Positions 25,450 through 36,296 of a DNA stretch of 64,000 nucleotides are shown here, piece after piece (the first letter of the stretch is position 1; every line of letters begins with the position of its first letter). Both the position numbers and the translations under genes were made by a program. Origin of the DNA: Podarcis gaigeae (Eukaryota); NCBI GenBank assembly GCA_964106915.2, contig OZ066919.1; one strand, written 5' to 3'. The notes beneath the pieces are model-generated. The model saw only the letters and a list, made by a program, of their open reading frames with translations. It made no database searches and had not been told where the DNA came from.

Positions 25450-27620
25450 GTATGGATGACTTGTGGCCAATCATAATGCACAAGGCTGTGAGCATGAGCA
25501 GTGTTTTTTTCCCCCTGGGCTGAAAGGTCCCAGAACAAGACAGGCATCCAACTGGTTGCAGTCCGAGCTATCTGCAGTGTTTTTGCATATTACTTTATTT
25601 TGAGAACTATCACCATCTGAGAAAGAGAGAGAGAGATACAATTGGAGAATGTGGTATGTAGTCTGAACCACAGCTGACAGGGTAAGTATTTTCATGCTTT
25701 AAAACAAAAATCATTGGTTTGGACAGAGGGGGTGGGGAGAATGGTGGCCTCAGTGGTGGTCAAAATACTCACGCTTTGACTGGGCTCCCCATCCCCAGTA
25801 CACTACCCCCCAACCCTGTGGATAAGGCAGGAAAAATATGACTGCGCATCCTGGGTCCTCTCTTTATGGTTGCTGCCTGCCCTGAACCCCTGCTGAGCTT
25901 ATATTATTTACATACATATATACATACATACACGGGGAGGGTGGCAGGTGGGCAGGTGGGCCACCTCTCATGTGGCATTTTAAAGTGCAATCCTAAACAT
26001 GGGCACTCAGAAGTAACTTTCTATGGGGTTCAACGAAGCTTACTCCTGAGAAAATTAAACTAGGACTGCAGCCCTTAATTGTGAAGAGTTGCTAGATGGG
26101 AAGTGGGGAAATTGGGAGACTGGATTTTTAAGAGTGGGAACTTATGTTTAGGTTAAAATCATTTAATCCTTTCACCTACCTGCTTTGAATATTATTGACT
26201 GCCTCTATCTGGAAGATTACAAATATGTAAGAACATGTGAAAGAAATCATGCCCAATCACACTGTTCTATCACAACAGCCTAAGTCCATTCATGCCTTTA
26301 GAACCTTGGAAAACAGCCAATTAAAAGAGTGATGGTGCTTCTATTATATAGTAAGATAATGTTCAACAAAGGTATGCACCAAGGCTCCCATAACAGACAG
26401 GTGGCCAGCCCATCCGAACAAATGTTGTTGTGACTGGGACTGCTAGGTTGACCTCTGTGGAGACTCTGAAGTCAACCTAAACAGGATGACTTCATACTGG
26501 AAGCAGGAGTGTGTGGTAAGCAAGCTGGACCTGATGGGAATGTGAAAGCAAGCTTTCGACAGATCCATTAGGATCCAAGAAGTCCTGGTCTGATATTGCT
26601 CCTACAATGAATATGAGAGTCTCCATTTTGAAGTGCTGCTCTAGAAGGAATGTGTTGAGCCATTTCAAATCTAGAATGGCCTTCATGCTCCCATTACTGT
26701 GGGGCACTCAGAAAATAATGCAATGTACCTCTTAGTACCCTTTGTGGGACAGTTCTCTCTTGGATCTCCAAATATGTTGAAGGACTCCTAAAACTGTCTG
26801 ATGCTTCACAGGCTTATTTAATTTTGGTGAGGCAATGAAATGAGCTGACAAACCCCAGTCCACCATCCTTTGAATCCAAACATTGAACATGGTCTGGTGC
26901 CAATTTGCACAAAGAAGAGAAATGTTTCACACCATTGGAGAAGATGGGGGAGAGAAATGCACCAAACAATGCAGAGTGGGGGCTTCATATGGATCCTCTG
27001 GAATGGTTCCATTTGCATCCGAATCCTCCAATCCCTGGCTGTAGGTGCAAAAATCTGAACTGGCTGCTGGGATTTACATTTCTCCTCCCTCCTGTTATTT
27101 GATGAGAACTGGCTCAAGGGATGCACTAAACAGCACTGTCTGATTAGGCAGAGGTAGCTAGTTTGTCATCTGGGAGTCAACATCCTAGATTTTCACCCAC
27201 AAATTCCTTCATGCCACCATGTTGCCAGCCACAACCAGTGACTCCAGCTGAACCACATCAAAAGATAAATTAGGGCTGCTGAGAGAACAATCTTCCATTG
27301 TCATCACGGTTTTCAGTGTGTTTTCCATCTCCGCCAATTCTTTGGGCCACTGACATACCAGATTTGTGACTGAAACACAACAGATTCAGGCTTCAAAACC
27401 TCTACTCTTGTCACAGGAAAGCTAAAGTGGATGTCAATGCCGCCATGGGAGGCCCCACCCACAGCAATGTAAGACTTTTTGTGACCTCTTCTGGCAGAGA
27501 ATAAAGCTTGTTCGTCACCAGAAGGAATTCTTCTCTTTAGCTGGCCTTGCCCATTCTGTTTTGCACATCCTGTCAGCGATATGTGCTCAGGGAAGGGTAC
27601 TCTTAGGTGGCCTTGTGTAA
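25450..27620 (-). mobile_element. Highly decayed DIRS (tyrosine recombinase) retrotransposon
   Basis: ORF 26492..26707 contains GSMKAILDLKWLNTFL...FKMETL, matching the DIRS RT signature ILDLK.LN.F....FKMETL, and continues frameshifted as DLSKACFHIPI; gag-like KLYSLPEE...GPPMAALTS near 27430-27510; weaker LIHRV...PPLRPPFS match near 25735-25860. Confidence 0.72.
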
Positions 27621-29020
27621 TGACTGTCTTGGCTCATTTGGGCATAACTTTAAAAGAAAATATCTTAAAATCATTTACTTCCAGTTCCACCTGCCCCTCT
27701 CCAATTCCTTCTCTTCCTGTCCATCACCAGAGTACTAAAACTGCCATATTAACCAGCCCTCAATCACTATCTCCCCACACACTATCACACCATTTTATCA
27801 GTGCATGTTAAGGAGGTTAGAAAGGGAGTAATCTAGCTTAGAGAGAATTCCTGTTCTCCTACTAATGGTTTTTAAAGATGAAAAAAAAAATGCTTAATCT
27901 GAATTGGACATATGAGGAATTTCATTTCGGACCTAGGCTCTGGTTGCCCTTCTGTGATGTTGCATTTTCTTGTTGTTGTTGTTTTACAGTTGATCATGCA
28001 ACAAGGAGGCACACCAATTTGGAAGCGCAAAATCATGCAACCCTCACACCACTGCTGAAATAATATAATTGGGGCTAATGGCACCCAGAGAGAAACAAAG
28101 GATCGATTCATTTACTGGCTGCAAATACAGAAAACTCAAAGGGAACACCAAAAGTTTATTCAGTCACGGGCACTTTCTAGTTTTATAATAGGCACACAGA
28201 AAACTGCCATTTGAATGACATTCAAGTACATTTTAAACAAACCCAATGCAAATATTAGAAACAGCAGGAAAAAGCAACCACTCAGGACCAAAGGAAGGTA
28301 GAAATTGGTCTGAGGAGATTTAAGTATTAATCATCTAGAGAGAATATTAGACAACAGAGAGAAGAACAATAGCAAAAGGAACCATAATGACCCATAAAAA
28401 CCCCCAGTGTAAATATATACAAGGAAACCACTATCCTGCCATTATAGGTTTTTATGCAGTTTGGCACATACATGATGCTGTCACTATAATTAATATCTCC
28501 ACAGATCAAAGCCCACTTTGATGTTTCTGGTCAGTGCTTTTTCCTCCCCTTTAAAAACATTTTTTCTATCCTCTTATATTATTAAGCAATGCATGCAAGT
28601 GTGGCATATAAACCACTATACTGCTGAATAAGAGTTTAATTTTCTCTCTCTTTGAAATGTTCAGTGCTGCTGCAGGTTAGCCTCCTTTCTCCTGCTGTGC
28701 TGAATGAAAGCTTCATAAAAGTCACAGTTCCTTACAGAATGTGAGAGAAGTATTTGTGACAAGCATGAAGCACCACCAAGGACTGTTGGAGTTAGTTTGG
28801 TGGGGAGTTACACCGTTTTAAATACTCTCTGGGGTGTACCAAAAGTGAAGGTTTAATCACCATCACCACATTTTGGTGGTGCAAGGCGAGAAAAGGTAGC
28901 CAGAATAGCTTTGCAACTAATGCTGAACCTTGAAATAAGTCCATAAAGGGAACTAGCCTACATATATGTAAATTAGTACTCAATGGCCTAGAAGAGAATT
29001 GTTGTGGAGAGAACCTAAAC

Positions 29021-29342
29021 CAGGGGTAGGCAACCTAAGGCCCAGGGGCCGGATGCGACCCAATCGCCTTCTCAATCCAGCCCACGGACGGTCTGGGAAT
29101 CAGTGTGTTTTTACATCAGTAGAATGTGTCCTTCTATTTAAAATGTATTTTTGGGTTATTTGTGGGGCCTGCCTGGTGTTTTTACATGAGTATAATGTGT
29201 CCTTTTATTTAAAATGCATCTTTGGGTTATTTGTGGGGCATAGGAATTCGTTCTTATTTTTTTCCCCAAAATATAGTCCAGCCCCCCACATGGTCTGAGG
29301 GACGGTGGACTGGCCCATGGCTGAAAAAGGTTGCTGACCCCT
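29021..29342. mobile_element. hAT (Charlie-like) MITE with internal duplication
   Basis: TIRs caggggtaggcaacc / ggttgctgacccct; 8-bp TSD acctaaac at 29013-29020 and 29343-29350; internal ~70-bp unit gtgtttttacat...gggttatttgtggggc present twice. Confidence 0.88.
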
Positions 29343-31120
29343 ACCTAAACCAACAGGATACTTCACTTTCTCTAGAAGGGTTGGACAGGCATTACTTAAT
29401 GAACAGGCATTACTTAATGATGCTGAACTGTCTCAGTTGCTCAGTGCTAGGATAATGTAACGGCACAAAAACCAAACCTACATGGAGTAACTCTTAAAAA
29501 CATCATGAAAGATAACTATTTGATGCATTCTTCACTTTGACCTCCCATTTACAGAAACTCGGTTTATTTACTTACAATACTGATAATAGACAAGAAAATT
29601 ATTTACTATACTGATAACAGGAGAAAATGCTCAGCTAAGAATAATAATAAAAAACTTGACAATCTCAAAGCAAACTGCTCAGTTGATCTTTCATCCATTA
29701 TTGCTCAATGCCACAGCGTGAGTCCTCATTGTAAATACCACTGTGCCTTTGTTTACTGTTTATCAACAAATGAGAAAGTGAACAATACGTTTAAGTGATA
29801 CAACTTGCTGGGAAGGAAAATAAGGAAGGCAACAGTGACACTTGTGGCCATCCCTAGATTGTCATTGTGGATAGGGGTAATTTGTTTTTACATTCAGTTC
29901 AGGCAAACCTTACGATAAGAAAACAAATGCCACTCACTTGCAGTCATTAACTACCATGTACACATGGCACACCTACAGCTCAGACAAATTGGCACAGCAA
30001 TAGAACTAAAAAAGAGAGAAGTAAACAGTAGTAAAGGCTGACTACCGTTAAAAGAGTTTTTAAACTTGTACAAAAAACACCAGCCTGTTAAAGACAGAGG
30101 TCACCATTGCTTGTGAATGGTTTGCATGCTTTTATATGACTGGGCTTCAATGCAATAAACACAGAGGCAAAATTTCAATCCTTCCTCAACTGCTTGTTTC
30201 ATGTTTTCTGTGGGCAAACCTGGCAACTTAACTTTGTACGGATGCCATTTGCACTCAACAGTGTCGGACATGTATTTTGCTATTTAAACACAGGTACTGG
30301 ACCAAAATTTTTAAAATACAAATCTATTCGGCCTTGGAAAATGATTCTTTGACTTGGTTACAGAGTAACCAAGGGCAATGTTAAAATACGAATACAAGAA
30401 TCAGTTTTGAAATGCCTCTATGTGGCCAAGATACTATCACTTTGCTTATTGAGAAAGTAGGAATCTAATCAGATTTTATCTTTCTATGAATAGCAGAAAC
30501 AAAGATTCTGTTCAGACATGCTCCCCCTCCTGTTCTGCACTTAACGAAGAGGAGATAAGAAGCTCCAGCTTCAATTTTAAACCAACCACAGTTCCCCATG
30601 ACATGCAAACTCAATAGGCTTTAAGAACAAACCACATTTTCAGGTTTCAGATTCTGATCTACCATCACTAACCAGTTTAAATAAACCACAGTTTCCTGGT
30701 TTGGATGTCATGGGGAACTTGAAAATATTGAAAATAGATAGAATATTCACAGTAGTGTGCATAAAATAATAAGGGTGAATATTTCAGAATATGCTTCTCG
30801 CAACTTTGTAGCAATAGGTCCTTGATTTATTATCATCCCTTAGGAAGTACTACAGAGATTATTAACAAACAATTCCACCTGCAGGCTTAAAATTTAGATG
30901 AAAGACACAATACAAAAGGAAAAAGGAATGGGGGGGGGGGGACAAAGAAAATAAGCAAATTTGAGTCCCAATTTTTATAGTTATGTAATTGCCTTTCTGG
31001 TGACCAGTTGGAATAGCTGCCAAGGAAGTAGTTTAGAAACAAAATTATTTATGGTTTCAAATAACTAGGGATCTGCCAGACAGATACGCTAACCTCAACA
31101 AAAAGGTCACAAGTTCTATA

Positions 31121-31346
31121 CAGTGGTACCTCTGGTTAAGAATTTAATTCATTCCGGAGGTCCGTCTTTAACCTGAAACTGTTCTTAACCTGAGACACCA
31201 CTTTAGCTAATGGGGCCTCCAGCTGCCACCACGCAGCTGGAGCACAATTTCTGTTCTTATCCTGAAGCAAAGTTCTTAACCCGAGGTACTATTTCTGGGT
31301 TAGCAGAGTCTGTAACCTGAAGCATCTGTAACCCGAGGTACCACTG
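31121..31346. mobile_element. Tc1/mariner (Tigger-like) MITE
   Basis: TIRs cagtggtacctc / gaggtaccactg flanked by TA; internal taacctga repeats. Confidence 0.9.
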
Positions 31347-31983
31347 TACTAATGAAGCCATTTTTTTATACTTCGACAAAATCGTTTAATGGTGCTATAT
31401 AAATAAAGATTGTAAAACACAAGGTACTTTATGCAGGATGAGGCACAAGCAAGTGGTCCCTCATACTTCCTATACAAATTATAATCTCCCTTGGTTTGTC
31501 ACAATTGTCCCTTAAAATCTAAAGCCATGCTCTTGCATTCAAGTCCCACACTATAACGTTCTTTCTTTGAGAGGCTAGGGTGCTCACTACAGCTCTCTAG
31601 TCACACAACTGTTTCCCTAGCAGAAATGTGTTGCACAAGCTAACTGCTAGCCTGCGCACCCTAACTGGGCTAAAGTTGGATGAGGAAAAACAACTATTTT
31701 TGTTGTTCCATTGTCATCATTACTGGATTCCCTCAAGAAGAGCTCTAGCCAACACTTGAAAAACGAGAATCTTATTGGATTAAAGTCTCTCCGCTAGAAG
31801 GATATCATCAGTTTGACCTACCTGCTGCTGCCCCAATGGATCACTGAAATATACTTTCTGCTTTCAACAGGAAACAACAACAAACATTGCACTATATTAA
31901 ATGTTTAGGAGGCTACATCTCTGCCTTGACAATGAGAACAAAAGAGATGCAATTGTAAAAATTACATGAAGAACACTTTCAAA

Positions 31984-32260
31984 CAGGCCTGGCCTAAGAC
32001 CTTTTGATGTCTGAGGTGAAAGACAAGGTGGCACCCTTCCCAAATTCATTTACAGAAGGTGACTGGACTGGCGGTCAAATCTCACTTCATCCTTTGTGGC
32101 TGGATTCTCCACCACACCTGAGGCAGCAGCCTAGAGATCAAGGAGTCCAGGAGAGGTCATGGGCAACAGAGGGGACAGAACTGGAGCCTCTGGAGCAACA
32201 GATAGAGTATCTGCTGCCTAAGGCGGCTGCCTCACTCTGCCTAACATAGGGCCGGCCCTG
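31984..32260. mobile_element. Old hAT-type MITE
   Basis: Ends caggcctggcc / gggccggccctg; TSD degraded. Confidence 0.55.
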
Positions 32261-33012
32261 CTTGCTGAGAAGCAAAACTTTGGCTTACTGTTTTGTGATT
32301 TGTTTGGTTCAAATATAATTAGGATGCAATTTGTGGAAAAAATATATTAAATTATTTCATAACATTTATACATGGCTTGATTGGAAGGGAATCTTATGCC
32401 AGCAGAGCACAAGCGTCTTCTGTCTGGTTTCTTCTGCCATTGCAGCACCACACTATACAACCCACAATGTTTAGTAGGACACACACTATGCAGAGGCTTT
32501 TTTTGGGGGGTACGCAGGGTTGCAAGGGGGATGAGGGAAAGGAAAAGACCCTCTTTGTAAGCTTGCCTTCCACATGTGCAAAATTTGATACCACCAATAA
32601 TTTCTAACACACAGCTGCAACTCGCAATAAAAATGCTATATACGAAAGTAGACTGTGGTCACTTTCACACAAGTTATGACTTCAGGAAGCCTCAGAACTA
32701 CTGTGGGATTTGAGGCAGTGTATACTTTGACTATCACTTAAGGGCATTTGAATATTCCTAAAATAGAACAGTTGCACTCCGCAATAGTTATTAACAACAA
32801 GCGATCATCTGACCATGCCCTAAACTATCCCCAGGATATAATCTCTAGGAACAGCTCAACTGTAAATGGTCCATTTAGTAAAAATAAGCATTACAAATGT
32901 CATTCCTGAAAATTTAGGACAACGTTACATTTTCAGTGGACTGTCTAAATTCATGCAAGCTAAAGAAAACAATACTAACAGCCCATTTTCTTTTTAAAAT
33001 AGGAAAGCAAAC

Positions 33013-33016
<4 letters not shown>

Positions 33017-33057
<41 letters not shown>
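33017..33057. repeat. (CT)n microsatellite
   Basis: Direct reading. Confidence 0.95.
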
Positions 33058-33060
<3 letters not shown>

Positions 33061-33996
33061 CAGATAATCTGCTGGTGTGCTTGAGAGAGCTGTGCATTTC
33101 TCAGTATTAACAAAAAGCGTACCAGCAGATTATAATCAAAATACACAGCTTTGTTAAACATTGATTCTTATTTAGATATTGCCTGAAGGTTATATCACTG
33201 TTCTGCTACCAACACTCACCTTAGTGAGCTCAATTATTTAAAGCAAAAGAATATTCTATTCCTGAAACATGCACATACATATTGTGTTGGATAACAAACC
33301 CATTCTTTAAAAAAGCAGCTCCCTTCAAAGGAACAGATTTATTGCAAATTAAACCCTCTCATACATTGGGGTCACAACTGAAATCAAAGGGTATGGAAAC
33401 CATGAAAAACTCTCCGTTTCAACTCTGTTACTTCAGCCAGTATTCTTCTACATTTAAAGTTTATTGGGGTCAATCAGAGCCCAAGTACATTGAATGAAGG
33501 GAAAATGAAACACTATACATCTAAAGCATTAGAGTCTCAATGACCCCAACACAATGAAAACTTTAATGAACAAGACAATAGCTTCCTTGGGTTGACTGGA
33601 AAGATAAAGGCAGAGTTAATTTTCCCCTTTTTATTTATTTATAAAAACATCGAGGAGGTTTTCTGTTGAAGAAAAGCTACATGAATGCCAGTTTTACAAA
33701 GAGAAGTGTAAAGGCAGTGGCAAAGTAAGCATCTTCATTTATATTCATTCACTGCACCCTGTCCCACCTATAACACAGGAAAGGGGTGGGCAGCAGACCC
33801 CCAATTCAGGAATTCACATCCTCACTTCTGGTTCCAATTAACCAAGGTTAATCTGTGATAATCTCTACATCTGTGGTAAGCTAGATGGGAATTCAGAAAG
33901 CTTTCCTTATAAAAACAAAAAGGAAACAGCAGCAACAAATATCTGGCCCCTGTGGTTCATGGGGGGATGGAAGATAATACACTATAGACATAAATC

Positions 33997-34405
33997 TCAG
34001 AACTGTAGAATTGGAAGGGACCCCAAGGAGCATCTAGCCCAACCCCCTGTATTGCAGGAATCTCAACTAAAGCATCCATGACAGACAGCCATCCAACCTC
34101 TGCTTAAAAAGTTCCAAGGAAGGAGATTTAACAACATCCCAAGGGAGACCATTCCACTGTTGAACAGCTCTTACTGTCAGAATGCTTTTCCTGATGTTTA
34201 GTCAGAATATCCTTTCTTTTAACTTGAAGCCATTGGTTTGAGTCCTACCTTCCAGGGCAGGAGAAAACAAGATTTTTCCCTCTTTGTGACAGCCCTTGAG
34301 ATATTTGAAGATGGCTATCAAATCTCCTCTCGGTTTCCTGTTTTCAAGGTTAAACATACCTAGTTCCTTCAACAGTTCCTCACAAGGCATGGTTTCCAAG
34401 CCAGG
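33997..34405 (-). mobile_element. CR1 LINE 3' fragment
   Basis: ORF 34202..34429 GLETMPCEELLKELGMFNLE...RGDLIAIFKYLKGCH is CR1 ORF2 C-terminus; CR1-type 3' tail gtcccttccaattctacagttct. Confidence 0.9.
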
Positions 34406-34487
34406 TCTTTGGGTAATTAAAGCATCCAAGTTGAGTTTTTATATTGTGACCCCCCCCTTATGATGCTTGGATGAAAGGCTATATAGA

Positions 34488-34490
34488 AAA

Positions 34491-34529
<39 letters not shown>

Positions 34530-34558
34530 ATATCAATCAAAGAGAAAGACTTGCTTTA

Positions 34559-34630
<72 letters not shown>
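34488..34630. repeat. (AAAT)n followed by (TG)n(AG)n microsatellites
   Basis: Direct reading; (AAAT)n at ~34488-34532 looks like an L2 tail, (TG)(AG) at 34566-34630. Confidence 0.93.
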
Positions 34631-34633
<3 letters not shown>

Positions 34634-35624
34634 TATGCTCCTAAAGTTTCTTCATCAATATCAGATGATTAGAATTCATTCTCCAGAGATGACTTTCATA
34701 GCTTCTTGTCAACTTTCCTTGATCTTGGGGAATCAGCTTTTACAGACCTATTTTACTCCTATGGTACTTCCTCCATTTTAGTGGTCCTTCGCAACAAGTA
34801 ACTTCTTTTTAAAAATTAAAAGCCAGCTAACAAAAAATTCCAAGTTTTGCTACTATTTCTTAGGTAAAGCAATTTTGTAAAGCAATTTAAGCAAAGCCTG
34901 AAGCACATCTGAGACATACAGTTCTCTAGCAACTACATATTCTGTCTTCAGCTTCTTAACCCCACATATGATGCACTGTACATATGTTTGATATGGAATT
35001 TACAAGCTTTGGCATAAAAAAAGAGGTTGCTGAGCATAGATCTGGACAAGGCAGCCTGCACAAAGAGCACCAAGTAGAGTGGTGTGTATTAGGAGAGGCG
35101 AGCATGGAAAATCTGATGGTTCTCCTTACCTGATTTTGCAGTGCTGAATCAATGATTCTATGCCTGATAAAATTACAATGTGATGGAGTAACAAACAGAT
35201 TAAAAAGGCTGCTAACTAATCCATCATCACAAAGTTCCACTGAAGGGGTCAGAGAAAGTAGAGGCTTTTATTACTATTTTAAGTTGTGGAATACTATTCA
35301 CTGAAAAGCAACAGCAGCTGAGGAATGCTACACTATATTAAACAGCTTGTAGTTCTTAGGCAATGCAGCGATGTGCTTGAATTAAGATAAGCTAACACCC
35401 AACATTAAGAAACGTTTAGAGAGTGCTAAGATATAGTACAAAAGATAAAGGAGGGTAATGGGGGGGGGGGAATACACTCATCAATGAATGTGCATCAACA
35501 TCATGACCACCTTCTTTCATTTTATTCATCCAGTGCTGCACTGGCACTAGATGTGTATCCTTTATCGAACAGAAGCAAAAGCACTAAGCTCTCTGCCTGC
35601 CTTCGGATTTAGTCCAAATGAATG

Positions 35625-35712
35625 CAAACCATCACGTGGGACCCAGCCAAGCAATGACGTGAAATTCTGCTCTGTCAGAAGACAGCATCTGTCAAAGCCC
35701 ACATTTAAACTG
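35625..35712 (+). promoter_or_regulatory. Probable B3GALT2 proximal promoter
   Basis: E-box CACGTG 35633-35638, CRE/UPRE-like TGACGTGA 35655-35662, TATA-like CATTTAAA 35702-35709, directly upstream of the putative exon 1. Confidence 0.5.
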
Positions 35713-35729
35713 CTGCTTGCCTGTGCAGC

Positions 35730-36296
35730 AGCTGAAGAACTATGGATTGGATTTTGCTGAACAAAACCTTAAGCTAAAAGCTTTCCCCCCACCCCTCGCT
35801 TCAAGTCATCCCTTTCGGTTACTGCCTAGCAACAATGAAGGAAGAGGGGTAAATCCCGTTATCAAATGCAAGCCAACAGTTCCAGCTTCTAGCTCATGCT
35901 GTTCTGCCTGGCATCGCCACTAGAAATATGGATACTGAAGAGAAAACAGAGCACTGCATTGTCCAGCAAGGGAAACTCCAACTGTAAAAGCGTCAATGCT
36001 TCCATTGTCAGAAGCAGACAATACCAGTCGGAATGGAGGCAAGAAATGCTGCTTCTGTCTCTTGAAAGATGACCGGAGAAAAATCAAGGCAAACACGCTG
36101 GTGAGCAGGGAAGGTAGCGGAGCAGGAAGCATACAGATGGACACACTGGATACTGTGAAAAGCAGTCGCAGGCAGCAGGCTGCTGGAGGAGAGATGTGCG
36201 CATGGCCGATAGCATCTTTTTGGCTGAAGGGATGGCGTGCCAAAACTACTTGCAGTGGGCATAATCCTCTCACCACAAATGGCTTGACAAAGGAAG
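35730..36296 (+). other. B3GALT2: Probable non-coding first exon (5' UTR) of B3GALT2; start approximate
   Basis: Donor AAG|GTATGT at 36296/36297; matching acceptor cttctttcatttttgcag|AG at 40838/40839, 121 nt upstream of the ATG; block is richer in GC and CpG than its flanks and is preceded by promoter motifs. Confidence 0.65.

Noticed and set aside
29385-29420. 18-bp tandem duplication acaggcattacttaatga
   Set aside because: Simple slippage duplication with no spacer; not an array
31150-31340. Regularly recurring taacctga motifs resembling a repeat-spacer array (also 63480-63690)
   Set aside because: Internal sub-terminal repeats of a Tigger-like MITE; eukaryotic context, no cas genes
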